Assembly (NCBI GenBank): GCA_016748015.1
Contig: JAAOMT010000790.1
Span: 13,479-77,478 of the forward strand
DNA: 64,000 nucleotides
Reading direction: 5' to 3'
Source of the DNA: Geosiphon pyriformis uo1
Lineage: Eukaryota > Fungi > Glomeromycota
The translations under genes and the position numbers were made by a program. Shown here piece after piece: positions 51,170 to 64,000 of this stretch. Under the pieces are notes generated by a model. That model was not told the origin of the DNA. It worked only from the letters and a program-made list of their open reading frames with translations, and did no database searches. Every line of letters starts with the position of its first letter. The stretch's first letter is position 1.

Positions 51170-53230
51170 TTATGATTGTTTCAAAGTAGAATTATCGGAA
51201 ATGAAAGGATTATCATGGTTGTTAGAAGCCATATTATTGGTTGTAGTTGAAGATTGTGACGCCTCAGAACTCCTTCGAATATAAGCTGCGGAAGGAGATG
51301 AAAGCCTCACAGGTGAAAAAGGCACTGAAGAAAGAAAATCTATTTGAGAATATATTCCAAGGTGAACTCAACAGCAATTATTAATAAAACTACCGTTCCG
51401 TAATGACGTTCCACTGAGAGAGGTGCCATATGAAGACCTCAATTGGGGATCTAAATCAGTCGTTGATCGATATGATTTATGTGACTTTTTAAGTAATTTC
51501 TTTGCCGCTGGTGATAAAAGAGCAGCACGTGCGTTTGGAGTCGCCAACCTAAAAAGACGAATCTTTTTAGTTCATAATTCTAATGTTTGATTCATTTACA
51601 AGAATGAAGAATTGTCAATGATTTGCACCTTGTTCCATATGCACTACGTGAAGAAGTACGTGGCGTACTCATAGAATTTATTCGTCTTCGAATATTTCTA
51701 GATGCATTACTTGAAAGATTCATTCCAAGCATTTCTCTCCGAGGTGTGGGGGGTAATGAAAAAATAGGTCCTGTTCATGGAGAACTATCAGAATTAAATA
51801 TGAATTTAGGGGGAGAATCAGCAAAATTAAATCATTTGTTCACATAAAAAAGTACCTGGTGTCTGATCACCATTTATTAGAAGGGGAGTACCTTCTATCA
51901 TTCCCCATGTCATAAGTTCAGAACTATCAATTTGAGATGGATTCAATGAGGGTGTGGGTGAGACAAATGTATATCCCTCAATTCTTGGAGTTCCCAATTC
52001 TGAGCTTGATTCTAAATTTGAAAGAAATTGAACGTCAATTAAATAATGAAATAATGTAAAATTTTGGGAAGTGAATAAGAATACCTGATTGTCCATATAG
52101 GTCGATTCCAGCGGCTGTCGCTGCAGCAGCTGTGGCTGCGGCATGATCATTGATATTCTGAAGAATAATGAAATTTTTTGATTTCTTTGTTAAAAATTAA
52201 GTTAATATATTAATAAGAAAAATATATCATACCGTGTCATCAGGAGACTCAAATCGAGTGTTCCCAGAGACAATTTGTTTTGGCGCGATCCGGGTGTTTT
52301 CTGTTGATTGCACGGGGTGCCCTTCAGGATAAAACATGAGGGCATTTTTAACCTTTAGATGAAAATTGAAAACTTTAGTAAATCAAAAGTAATAAAGTGG
52401 AATGAAAAAAATTTCTTCAAGTAACAGATCTGATAGTTACTGTATATTTCCATGACGCGATCTCACCAGGTCTTGGTGCCGGCTCATCTAAACCTTCAAT
52501 TAGTTTAGGGGATTCATTCTGATCTTCAAGTAATAGCGGAGATTTTTCCTTTTCATACATCCACTTATATTTTAGCTTCTTCTGTTCTTCAGCCTTCTGC
52601 ATCAATTCTAAAAAGGTGAGGTAGTTAAGGTTTTGCATTTTGGGTCAAAAGTCATTCTTTTTTTTCTTTTTTTTTTTTGAAATAATTAACAATTATAATT
52701 TTTATGGAACACATTTATAAAAGGATATGAAGCATTATCTTCGCTAGTGTATTTTGCTTGAAAATTATCCAAGGACATATTGGTATCGAATTGTTTTTCA
52801 AGTTGTGATTGATTATATTTGGTTGTAACTGTTCTCGTCGAGATCGGCGTGTCCCATTCTCCTTGTGGTGTGTTGATTAAAGGGGTAGGTGCTTTTGGAG
52901 AATAATAGTCAGTAATCAATTACATCAAGTTTCAAATAGGCAACCTTTTTTCACGAACAAAAAACCTGGGGTCTTTCTTATCGGTGTAGAGACTTGGGTT
53001 AGTTTTCGAGTGGCATCGCGAAGCAAAACGGGATCTTTAGCATCCAAGGCGTCCAAATAACCATGTTGCGCTTCTAAGGTGGTAAGAGAAGGAAAATAAT
53101 CCCGCTTTATGATCTCACTTATTGCTTCGGTGTAAGTATCTTCGTCTAGAACAACTTGCACAAGTTTAGGGGTTACAGATTTAACGTCTGTAGTGACCAA
53201 AGCTTTACTTGAAGAAGCTGTCAGTTCCAT
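51170..53230 (-). CDS. ESS2: Splicing factor ESS2/DGCR14 (Es2 family), spliced
   Basis: VLDEDTY...IIKRDYFP, SLDNFQAKYTSEDNAS, KNALMFYPEG, MTWGMIEGTPL, LSPAAKKL. The 3' end was inferred. Confidence 0.88.
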
Positions 53231-54036
53231 GAAGACGAGAATTATTTTAAAAAAAGGAAGTAGAAGCTAGTTAAACCAGAAATATTTTTAATTTTGATAT
53301 TGATATTTTAGTTGTGCTATGAGATAATAAATAATTATGACCAATCATGGCTGAATAAAAAAGAGTGGGGTAACAAAAGGAATGAATTTTAGGGCTTTTA
53401 TGATTGGCCCAAAAAGTTGTCTAGTCTTTGACCAAGAGGAAACAGGTCTTTTTTCAACATTTTTTAATCAGCCAACACCTTGTAAAAGGATCGAGTTTAT
53501 AAGATAAAAATAGATTTCAAGGGTAGGGATAATTTTTTTTTTAAAATTAAAAGATTATTCACACCTATCAACACTTTTTTATTGTCATTAGAGATCATTA
53601 TTTCTAATCTCAATCTTATCTTTTTAACAGAAGGGTTTTTTGAGCTTATCGGGAATTTTGATAGGATGAAGTTTTTTATTTAACAAAAAATCTATATATG
53701 ATACCACAAAGTCGAAGAATTAAAAATTTTCTTTAGTAGGGATAAGCCTATAAATTTATCAAGGATGGGTTAATTGTTCAGATAAAAAGATTTCTAAATA
53801 ACTGAAATATTGCATACACCAATTCTCAAATGGAAACCTTTTTTTTTTTTTTTTTTTCAGTTTTTCTAATTGCACTTAAGATACTCAAATCTATTTATGG
53901 GAACATATCCAAAACTATTTTTTATCTATCCCTTCGAAGACATAAAAAATGCCCTAGCGTAACTTTCTGATAATTTGACAAGGATAAAAAAACATCAATA
54001 ATATGTAATGTAGCTGCAGCTATTTAAAAGCTGATA

Positions 54037-54037
<1 letters not shown>

Positions 54038-54070
<33 letters not shown>

Positions 54071-54090
54071 NNNNNNNNNNNNNNNNNNNN

Positions 54091-54168
<78 letters not shown>
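54038..54168. other. Homopolymer-flanked assembly gap (polyT-N20-polyA)
   Basis: Direct reading. Confidence 0.9.
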
Positions 54169-54170
<2 letters not shown>

Positions 54171-55775
54171 GTTTCTCTATCATATACATATTCTTATCAA
54201 AGTTTTTTTTTTTTTTCAAGTTTAAAAATATTTTACAAATTTCAACGAGGACGAACTATGAAAAATATGTTAAATAATAAAATTCCTTTTACCTTTTTTT
54301 TTTTTTTGAAACAGACATTACATCTTTCTATTTCCCAAAAAAGGAGATTATTTTCATCAAAATATCAAGTATTAATCAACCTTTTTTATTCAGATCATCA
54401 ATTCCCATAATTAATTCATTATCACCTGATATCAATTATATGAAAATTTTTTAGTGATATCATTTCAAAAAGATCTTCATTTTATTAAGATTGGGATCTT
54501 GATCGTGATCAGAAACCAAAAAAATATTTCATGATCATTGGTAGAACCATCAATAGAACAAGTGACCAGTTAATTGCTAATTTAGGTAAAGAAGGGTTAC
54601 TATTAAGGAGTTTGCCATCATAATTATTATTGTTCCAAAAAATCAAGATGACTGCCCAGACTGGACATCGGCATAGATCAAAGTAGTAAAGAAACAAAGA
54701 TCAGTGACAAGAGATCTTACTGAATATCAATATAGAGTGGCGGCATTTCTCTTAATCAGTGATAAATCAGTGTCGCCAATAATAAAAATCTGATTAAAGT
54801 AAAATCTTAAGAGGTTGGGAATAAATGTGATAAAGTTTTACGATCCTGATTTAATTACAATATTAATGTAGCTCGGTAGGTCGCATTTCTAATCGCTTTT
54901 TAATGCCAATATCAAATATTTTTTCGTGGTATGACGATATTTTTTTTTTTTTAAAAAAAAAATTATTTTCCATCCTTCTTCCGGGCATCTATAATTTTGC
55001 ACTCCACCACCACCATTACCACAATAGTAAATGTCTGATAAGTAATTGGTAAAAAAAATTATAATAAAAAAAAAAAAAAAAAACTTTTGTTTTATTAATC
55101 TCCCAACAATTCTAGTATTAAACCTCCTAAAAGTGTCAATAGTGGCTGTGTGTGGAACTTTGTTCAACTTCGTACATGTGGAGTGTGGGAACTGATGGTC
55201 TCAACCAATTAAATCTTTCCACGGACGCAACTAACAAACCATTTGGGTCACACCAACGGAGATTTAGGAGATTTGGGAAGATCTCTTCAAGACAAAGATC
55301 AAGTGATATCACTCGGATTGCAGATAAGTGATAGGATAGGAGCTTGGAAGAGAGGTAAAAATTGTAGTTCTTTTGATACTCGACTTTGTTTAATATCATT
55401 TCCCAAAGCAAATACAAATCGTTGTCGAGTCTATATCCTTATCTTGGTTTTCCATCATATATTTAGTTTTTAAAGTTGTCTGGTATGTATTGGTTTTTAC
55501 TTTTAAACTTACATCTCTCTCTTGGGAAACACAAGGAATACTTTTTTATTAACTAGATGTCACCTATCTTTTTTTCAAATAGTTAAAAGAAAAAGAGGTC
55601 TTATGTCGAAAAAGATAAACGGTAAGACCACTCTTTTATTTCGAAAAGCTAAAGGTTTGCTTCATTTTTTTTTTTTTCTAGTTATTTTTTTGCTTTGCAT
55701 ATTCGTTAATAATTAGGCAGCTTACCATCTTCTCACCGTCGTTCGGCCGAAGAAGAATATTCTGATACAGAAACT

Positions 55776-56370
55776 ATGTCATCACAAACAACTCCACAAT
55801 CCATTTCACCACCTACACCCGGGGAAGTAGATATAGAGATGACAGAAGCTGAACCAGCTAATATTGTTCCCCCCGTTACAACTAACTCTCACTTAGCCGC
55901 AATCGCTTCTTACACTGCTCAAACACCACAACAACGTTCACCAAGTTCGACAAAGAAGTCGATTAATAGACAACCACGTCAACTAGAATGTTATAATTGT
56001 GGAATTACTAGTACTCCACTTTGGCGTCGGACTCCGGATAGAATGCATTCATTGTGTAACGCTTGTGGTCTTTATTATAAACAGTATAACACACATCGAC
56101 CATTACATATTATACATAAGACTAGACCACCTTCTCGTCCTTACCCTTATATTTTACCTGCTGAAAGGCAAAGGGCGACTACTCCGACACAAAGTACTAT
56201 AGTGATTGCACCAAATAATTCACAACCACACACTCAATCATCAAGGGAGGCTCAAGTAAATGAACAGTTACATGCAGACGCTCAACCTTTATTACAATTA
56301 CTCCCAAGAATACAACCTTTATTGCAACTTTTACCACAAATGCAAGCCCAACATGAACAACAAATGGCTG

Positions 56371-56404
<34 letters not shown>

Positions 56405-57401
56405 ACAACAGCAACAACAACAACAACAATTAGAGCAAAAACAAGAAGTTATTCAACAACAACAACAACAACAACAACAAGAGCAACAAATACCAAAACA
56501 AGAAGTTGTTCAACAACAACCACAGCAGCATACCGAAAATTTAGCACCTTCACCAGTTACCAAAATCTTATCTGATGGCTCCACAATTGTAACCGAAGCC
56601 CCAGTTCATTGTAACAATTGTGGTCAAACACAAACACCATTATGGCGAAAAAATGAAAGAGGTCAGCCACTGTGTAATGCATGTGGATTATATGCAAAAA
56701 TGCATAATCGAGATAGACCTATCGCTATGCGTAAATCAAAAATTCAACGTAGACGTCGTGATTGGGGCACTAATTTTAGTCCGGATCCAAATGGAAGTAA
56801 TGTGGAGGGTTCAGGTTCTGAAGAGATATCCGCCGATTCCAATCCTCACAGTCCATCAATGTCACCTTCTCCCTTAAGCCATTCCCAACGTCCTTTAATG
56901 CCAATGCCTCTATCGCTCGCTCCTGCATTATTGACATTAGCTGATGCGGCTACAAGCCAACAGGAACAACAAGAACAGAAAGAACAAAAACAAGAAAGAT
57001 TAGAAAAGAAAGTTGAAGACGGACTACAAGAATTAAAAGTAGAAATAGAAGATTTAAAAACTGAATCACAAGGAATATCTCCTCCTGTTAAAATTACAGT
57101 ATCAGACCGTCATGGCACGCACCACACTTTGGTTGCTATAGCACCAGCACCAGAATCCATAAGCAATAAAAATATCCCAGTAGCCATTGCACCTGCCCCA
57201 ACTCTAAATGGCCATCTGATCCCCCTAAATCAAAATCAACCTTATATGCCCCCACCATTTGATTTTTATGACGAATCAAGTTTCATGGCATTGGTCGAGA
57301 AAATGACGCGGAAACAAGTAGAAGAATTCCTGGCAGTCATGGAAAGACGCTGCGAGATTTTGAAGACTGTTTTAAAAGTAGAACCTTCACCAACAACTTA
57401 A
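55776..57401 (+). CDS. GATA-type transcription factor with two zinc fingers and a polyQ linker
   Basis: CYNC-X18-CNAC and CNNC-X17-CNAC, both with TPLWR; (CAA/CAG)n tract at 56370-56480. Confidence 0.93.
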
Positions 57402-57858
57402 GATGACATCTTTATGTGAAAAACGAGTTTAAGTAGAATGAACGATTATTTAGCTTTCAATTTTTATCTCGCTTCATGAACTTTTTTTTTTTTTTTTTTT
57501 TTTTTTTTCATATTTTCTTTGCATAAGACCCCTTCCACCCCTTCCACCACCTCCTCCTCCATCGACTCTTATTTCGGTATATATGACTTATCCAACGGAA
57601 CGATACTTTTTATCTCCTACTGTTGTGAAAAACTCGGAATTGTTTTCTCTTGCGATGAAAAATCGTAATAACATTTTTTTTTTTCGGATTTCAATCAACG
57701 CCTATTTTTCTTTTTTCTAAAGATAGAACCTAAATAAAAGATAATTTTTTTTGATAGCGGCGAACTTTCTCTCATGTAATATATTTTAGATGAAGATGAT
57801 GTATAATAGCGTCAGAATATTTCGTACCTTTTGTATCCCCAAACTATAAACAATTTAA

Positions 57859-57920
57859 GCTACTACTACCACCACCACCCTTACTACTGCTACTACTACT
57901 ACTACTACTACTACTACTAT

Positions 57921-57964
<44 letters not shown>

Positions 57965-57968
57965 TTAC
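57859..57968. repeat. (TAC)n microsatellite
   Basis: Direct reading. Confidence 0.9.
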
Positions 57969-60615
57969 AAATTTTAATATAAACCATTTATGAAAAAACT
58001 TTGAATGACCTTTCTAACAAAAAAATGTTGTGAAATTTTTCTTTGAAGATTATCACCATCAATTAGATATCTTTAATCTCGCTTTTTTTGCTTGCGTTTC
58101 CAGTAACGAAAGAAAAAAAGTGACAGATAACCCATCAGTGGCGCAACGTTAACTGATCTCGGATTCCATCATTTTTAATTTTTAATAATTGATAAATGAG
58201 ATATTGGATGATTTAAAAAAACCATCCTGCAATATATAAAATTCACCATTAAGACAGCCATCACAAAGTTTTTTTTTTTTTTAAGATTGCCACCCTTATC
58301 CAAATAACTGATAGCCCAATGAAGTCTAGAAAGTATCTGCACATCTGCAAGTTCAGGGAAAAAATTGATGCAATGGTGATGCAACTCTCGGCATCAATAA
58401 AAATTGTATCATAATGACCGTTGTTCGTCATCATAGATTTTTTGGTTAAAAAAAAAAAATGTCTTAAACTATTAACAGACATAAGGACAATTAGATAATG
58501 ATATCTATTGATAAAAAAATTAAAAAAAAAGTGACCCATTATATCTTTTTTGAGTTTAAAAAAAACCCCCCCCCCCTCCCCCCCGAATCTTTTATTTTTT
58601 TGAGATCGAGGTACACTATGACCCAAAAGATTATCATCTGTGATATATATATATATATGTATTTATTTATTTATTTTTTCACCGATTTTTTTAATCTATG
58701 AAATAAATAAAGTTTTTTTTTTTTAAAATGAAACTAAATCAGTCGTGTCAAAAAAATTACTTTTTTAATCTTTTTTAAACATTTTTATTAATGTTTTTGA
58801 TTTTTTTTAATAATAATAAACAATCTGGCTTAATTAAAATTTGTAATATTTAATAAAATTACAATTTATAATTTATAATTAAATATCAAAAATTTAAAAT
58901 TAATAAATATGTTTGCAAATAAAAAACAATTAAATGTTGACAAAATAAAAATTTAAAAAATACATCTATGATAATATTTTTTCATATTTTAACTAAAATA
59001 AGACACATGGTAGTATTTATAGCATGTTTAGAAAAAGTATTCATAGTAATAATGAAATAATTAATTATGGGGCTTTAACTGGTGACCTATATATTTTTAA
59101 CACGGTACCAAATCAAAACGTCATAAAGTCGAGAAAATTAATTCAAAATGATCAAAATTATTGAACTCATAATTAGGTATAATATCGTAGGGAAAGGTGT
59201 TTTGATGATAAATAACCTAGTTGAAATCATTGTATAGTATAAGAGATTGGATTTAAAATAAAACATGAAAATCTTCATTTGGTTGAAAGGTCACCCTACC
59301 TGAATTATGAGTTGTGGAACATCCTCAATAAAAAGGATTGATAGGACCTCAAATTAAATTTTGAAACATCTGCGGCAGCGAGTAGAGTAAACAAGGCAGC
59401 AGGCTTTCCATATTGTCCAAGCCATAAAAAATATTCCATCATCCTCCGAGTTCGCTAGAAAAAGTAGTGTTTGATTGATAAAAAGAAATTATTAAAGATT
59501 TTTGCCGATTTTCATTGAATTTAATAATAAAAATTCGAAAACTTTAAGGATTACCTTAAATACAAAAATATTATATTTTATATCTTTTATGTTATTTTTC
59601 TTTCTTTCTTTCTTTCTTTCTATAAAATATGGAGCGATTAAAATGAGCAATCGCAATTTGTTTCCCGCTATGACAGCTTTTTATTCGAATCCAAATGACA
59701 ATTTTTTGCAGAAATACTGTCTCAAAAGTGTTATTTTTGAATAATGAAATTTCGTTGGAATAAGTGATACTTATTTCACGCTGTCCCAACGAAATTTGCT
59801 CTTTACGAAGAGGGGAGATAATTATTTTCATATCCAGTGTCTGTTCAAAATAAAAAAATGAAAGAAAAATCCACCACCACCACATTCTACTCAATCTTAC
59901 CTTTTTCTTGGAAGATGTAGAATAAGATTATTTTTTTTTTCTCTTAAGGAAATTCTGATAACTATCGTTTTCATGTTGATCATATCCGATAATTCCATAT
60001 TGTCCGATCTCCGGGTTTCCCCGATAGTCTATCATATGAGCCAGACCGCAACAAAATCAGACAAAGTGAACTTGTGACGTCGTTCGAAGCATTAAGTTTA
60101 CTTTTTCCGTCTTTTATATAATTTTTTAATGATCCAATATCCTAACCCACTGCTCTTTGTTTTCCATCTTTCAAATTAATCTTTTGTTTATACTCTTCTG
60201 CGGCTCTGACAAAATCTTCGTCTTTTAAATCACTAACGCTAGTGGTGATATGGTAGATATTATCAGCTTGCAAATGTCGAGAACATTTATAATTGGGCAT
60301 GGCATAATATTTACTTTCTCCGAGATGTTTTCTAGTTGAATCAATTATAGAAGCATGATCATCAACATACAAATCAAAATCAGGATGATTTTCGTTGCCG
60401 ATTCTTTCAACAAAGATTATGCCTAGCTTTGCTTGGGGAAAATTAGCCAAAGCATTAGAAAACCTTCTTCTTTTTGACTTAACTACAAAAGACTCCTCGC
60501 CTCCTTTGCCTTTGCTCAAAGTAGAACTGACCACTACTAATTCACTAATTAAGTCTTCTTTTAAGGACTCGGAGATTTCTTCAGTTATGGAAGAAAAGGC
60601 GCAAAATCTTGCACA

Positions 60616-62125
60616 TTAGTAGAGATATTTAGGATTATTCTTGTCAGGATCTTTGCTTCGCTCTTTTTTAATCCGTGAAACTCTTCGATTGATTTTTTCT
60701 ATACTCTTCGAAGCTTCGGATTTGCCAATTTTTAAAAGCCTGAATTCCTGGAAAGGATCACTAGCGAATTCTTGGACTTTGACCACACTAGGGTTGGCCC
60801 TAGTAAACAGAAAATGCTGAAACTTTTGTAGACCGGGTAGTTTTTTAAAATAAGCTTCCAGACCAAAATATTGAAACCCGGCTCTATTATTATAGCGCCG
60901 CGCTTTATTTAGTCTGGCAACACTAGATTTTTTTACTACTTCAACCACATGATCCACACAATCTACAGTCGTTTTGTGGTATAGTTTCTAAATCAATCCA
61001 AAACTGCCATCACACTTGAATTTAGTATGTCCAGGTACCATGAAATTTAATTCGATACTTTCGTAATAACCGCAAATAACTAAATATAGATAAAATCAAA
61101 TGGTAGCATAATTTTTATTCTGTCCTCCCGCATTATCGCAAGTAATCTTCAAATACTTTTCACCTTTATTCAATTTCTTAATTCCATCGAATACCATGCT
61201 CAGTGTGCCATTAGGACCTTTACCGATAATTTCGTCTTCATCAAGAACGTAATTAATTTGTTCGCGTACTGCTTCATCTTGAACGCCAAATTAATGCACT
61301 TTGTGTGGACAAAGATAATAAATTTTACTCACCTGTTGATCGGAATGGGGCACGTGAACATTTTGTGCCCAAGCGTAACTGTAATGAGCAGTAGCATCTA
61401 CGCTACAATAATCAGCTTTACCTCCTGTCAGCTGGAAGGAGTGTAAGCGATTGAGTAATGCGATTGACATTTCTACCGGGACTTGGTAGTCCATGGATTT
61501 CAGCATAATTTTCGAGAAAATTCTTCACGGCGGTAGCAACGTTTTTATTGCTGGTTATTTTGGTTTTCCATCGCGGTACTCTTTTCACATTACCATGAAC
61601 ACGCAGTATTATACCATTCGTCGCCAAGTGATTTCTAACGTTTTCGAAGTGAGTGCGACCAATTCCCAATATATTAAGATACGTTTTCTGACAAAGTGGC
61701 GTATTGCATTTTCTTTTTATGACGTTGACTGGCAGTTATTTCTCCACCATTCTTTGCTTTCAGTTGGGCCATTAAAAATATATCCTGTTCGGATCTAGAG
61801 AGAGCTTGAAACGCCTCACGTAATTCAGCAAACTTTTCTCTCGGAATCATTTTTGAACAACCACACTTGCAGCCTATCTCCAAGAAACGTATGGCGTTTC
61901 TGTATTCGGCAGAACCATTATTATTATATTCACTATTCTTCATATACTAATAATCCTATATAAATAATTTTATCACTTTTTAGGTCTTTACTAGCAATAA
62001 GCTTACAAAAAAAGTCACAGGTTCCTGTAAGACCTCAATGTTGCTGAGAATAATCCATTTTCAAACCCCGATTATAGTTCTTTACATATGTCTTCAACTT
62101 AGGATTTCGGATTTTATTTGCCATT
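60616..62125 (-). pseudogene. DNA transposase pseudogene, Sola-like (DDD)
   Basis: CKCGC N-terminus, HGN...P, NYAEIHGLPSPGR, ITCDNAGGQNKN, FMVPGHTKFKCDGSFG; stops, frameshifts and an apparent internal deletion. TIRs were not identified. Confidence 0.7.
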
Positions 62126-62596
62126 TGAAACTTGAAAGAGAAAACTGGTTATAGTGCCCGAGTACGTGTGCTAATCATTGAGTTACCAGCAATCACATAA
62201 AATGTGTAGACAAAATCCGAAGCAGTACAATTGTAAACTGAGTCTAATTAATAGCAATTTGCAAAGGTTCAGAAAGGGTGTGAGTAGCAAAAAAGAATCA
62301 CTTGGATACGCCAAACACAAATATTATAATTTCGCTCCGACTTTCCCCAAAGAGGACGGCAGAAAAAGACTAATGAAAAGTTCACTAGACACATTATGAT
62401 GGTTTTCAGCTGGCAAAAGTAACATTACATCTGACTTTTACATTTTCTTTCTCGTCGAAATAAGAAATTAGTGGGCATTATATTATTATGACCATTAATA
62501 ATGAAATTTTCCCCACGGATTCATTTTTAGTAAGCAAGCAAATTATGCTGTGCAGTACTTTGCACGCGCCTCTTGTGTTATCAATGAGACGTGCGT

Positions 62597-63733
62597 TTAA
62601 AATGACAATCTGGGTTTCTTCGGAACACGACGACGTTCTGTGTTTAATCCGCGAATCTGTTCTTGCAGGATTGTGGTGATGTACGTTGCGATATTTTTTG
62701 CTCACATCTTCATTATTTCAGCATTACCGAAGTTGCACGATTGCATTTTAGATATATATAGGACTGGATCGTTTTCTGTGCCTGCCCATTGCAAGAATAG
62801 CCAGTTTCGGGCATTTGACACAATCCCATACACCATAACTGGAACTTCCTCAGAATCTTCCAAATGTGTGTCTTCTCGCTTGCGCTTGCTTAAGCTCTCC
62901 ACGGCACTGTGCATTTGTACTATGTTTTGGGCTGCCCCTTCGTCGAAATCCATTTTTTTTGCCTCCGTTACGCATATCACAATGTCATTTAAAATGACCG
63001 TGTAATCCATGGGACCAAAGCCACGACTCCCATTAAGCTCATCTTCAGCTCTAAGCGCAAGAAGAGGTTCGCTTAGTTGTGAATGCTTTACAGCCGCGGT
63101 TAAGAATGGAGAGATATACTCTCTGCACGTCATTTCGTTCCTCGTCACTTCGCCGAATACATCTGCATTTTTTTGAAGTTCGTCTATGAGCAATTTCAAA
63201 GCATCGTCGCTGACTTCTACTTTATCGAATTCGTCCAAGTTAAGTCGAGGAGCGCTGCTGAGTGATGACCAACTGCTTTTGTGCAAGATGTTCTGGAGGA
63301 CATCACGCAGGTCCCATTCCTCATATGCCTTTTTACCCTTAACCCGTACGGATAAGCTGATCTGGCGCTTACCATTATCAGTTGGAGCATCCTGAATGAC
63401 TCTGTTGAGCTCGAACTCGTTGGCTATTTGTTGCTCAGCTGGCTCCTTGACCACAAAAAAGAATTCAGATCTGTTCAGCAGAGAAAATTGCTCAAGGGCG
63501 GCAGCACGCAAAATATGCTAAAGTCCACTGGAATGCGGCCATTGGTGCCTGAACCAGTTGTTCGACAGATTGCAGCGGATCACGATCGTGCAGTCAGAGA
63601 ATGGATAACGAACGACAAGGGGTGAGATATCTGTAGTATTGATGGATGTGATAAGAGTGCCCTTTGGAAGTGGTTGCGTGCGGTTGTCGCTCAATATTGA
63701 CTTTATTTTTTTTTTAAAAACAAAGTATATCAC
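62597..63733 (-). pseudogene. Crinkler-type protein with a C-terminal PD-(D/E)xK restriction-endonuclease-like domain; two in-frame stops
   Basis: NEMTCREYISPFL, GSRGFGPMDY...VTEAKK.DF..GAAQ...QM, YGIVSNARNWLFL. The frame continues past TGA 62702 to RRRVPKKPRLSF* and across TAG 63518. Confidence 0.7.
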
Positions 63734-64000
63734 ATTTAAAGATTCACTAAAGTAATTGCATAGGAGGAAATACTTGGACCCAAAGCCATTAATGAGTATT
63801 CCTATACTTTGGTCGCTCTAATGAAATCCATATATTAAAATACTCAGCTTCACTCCTCCTTTCTTTATCTACCCAATTTTTAAGCGCTTTGATCGTTTTT
63901 CTTGAGAATTGACTTTTTTGTTGAAGGCCTTTTAGAATAAAGGCAACGACGCCTTTTTTTCGCGTAGTTTGTGGAATTTTATGATGATAAATTAATAAAA

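Noticed and set aside
54038-54168. PolyT/polyA hairpin and the poly-Phe/poly-Lys ORF
   Set aside because: Spans an assembly gap, so lengths and adjacency are unreliable.
53300-55400. GATAA site enrichment upstream of the GATA gene
   Set aside because: The count is close to expectation for AT-rich DNA; only the GATC cluster stands out.
59101-59130. CACGGT as a transposon terminus
   Set aside because: No matching inverted repeat found in the window.

Overview
AT-rich, intron-rich fungal DNA. The gene families and transposon types point to Glomeromycotina, possibly Geosiphon-like (inference). 0.8-5.1 kb: a peroxisomal ABCD half-transporter gene with many introns. About 6-34.6 kb: a transposon nest. 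It holds two decayed LINE 3' ends, a ~20 kb Ty3/Gypsy element (A) with a second, younger Gypsy element (B) inserted in its RNase H (4-bp TSD GCAG), a third orphan LTR (C), and a LINE cut at its RT active-site motif. A and B have dissimilar LTR interiors but share an unusual layout: Gag with an extra N-terminal domain, protease, a Cys-rich triple zinc-finger-like region, dUTPase, RT, RNase H, a stop at the same position, an ATG-initiated integrase ending in LEPIIII(D/E), and a conserved non-Env ORF3 before the 3' LTR. All these TEs carry heavy C->T/G->A damage. 35.6-57.4 kb: a compact gene island encoding MATH-BTB, a CINP-like protein, SEC66, ArgRS, an F-box protein, SSS1 (missed by the ORF track), RPF2, MsrB, LSG1, ESS2 and a two-finger GATA factor. 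60-64 kb: a Sola-like transposase pseudogene beside a Crinkler/REase-like pseudogene. Exon boundaries were read by eye and no database searches were run.
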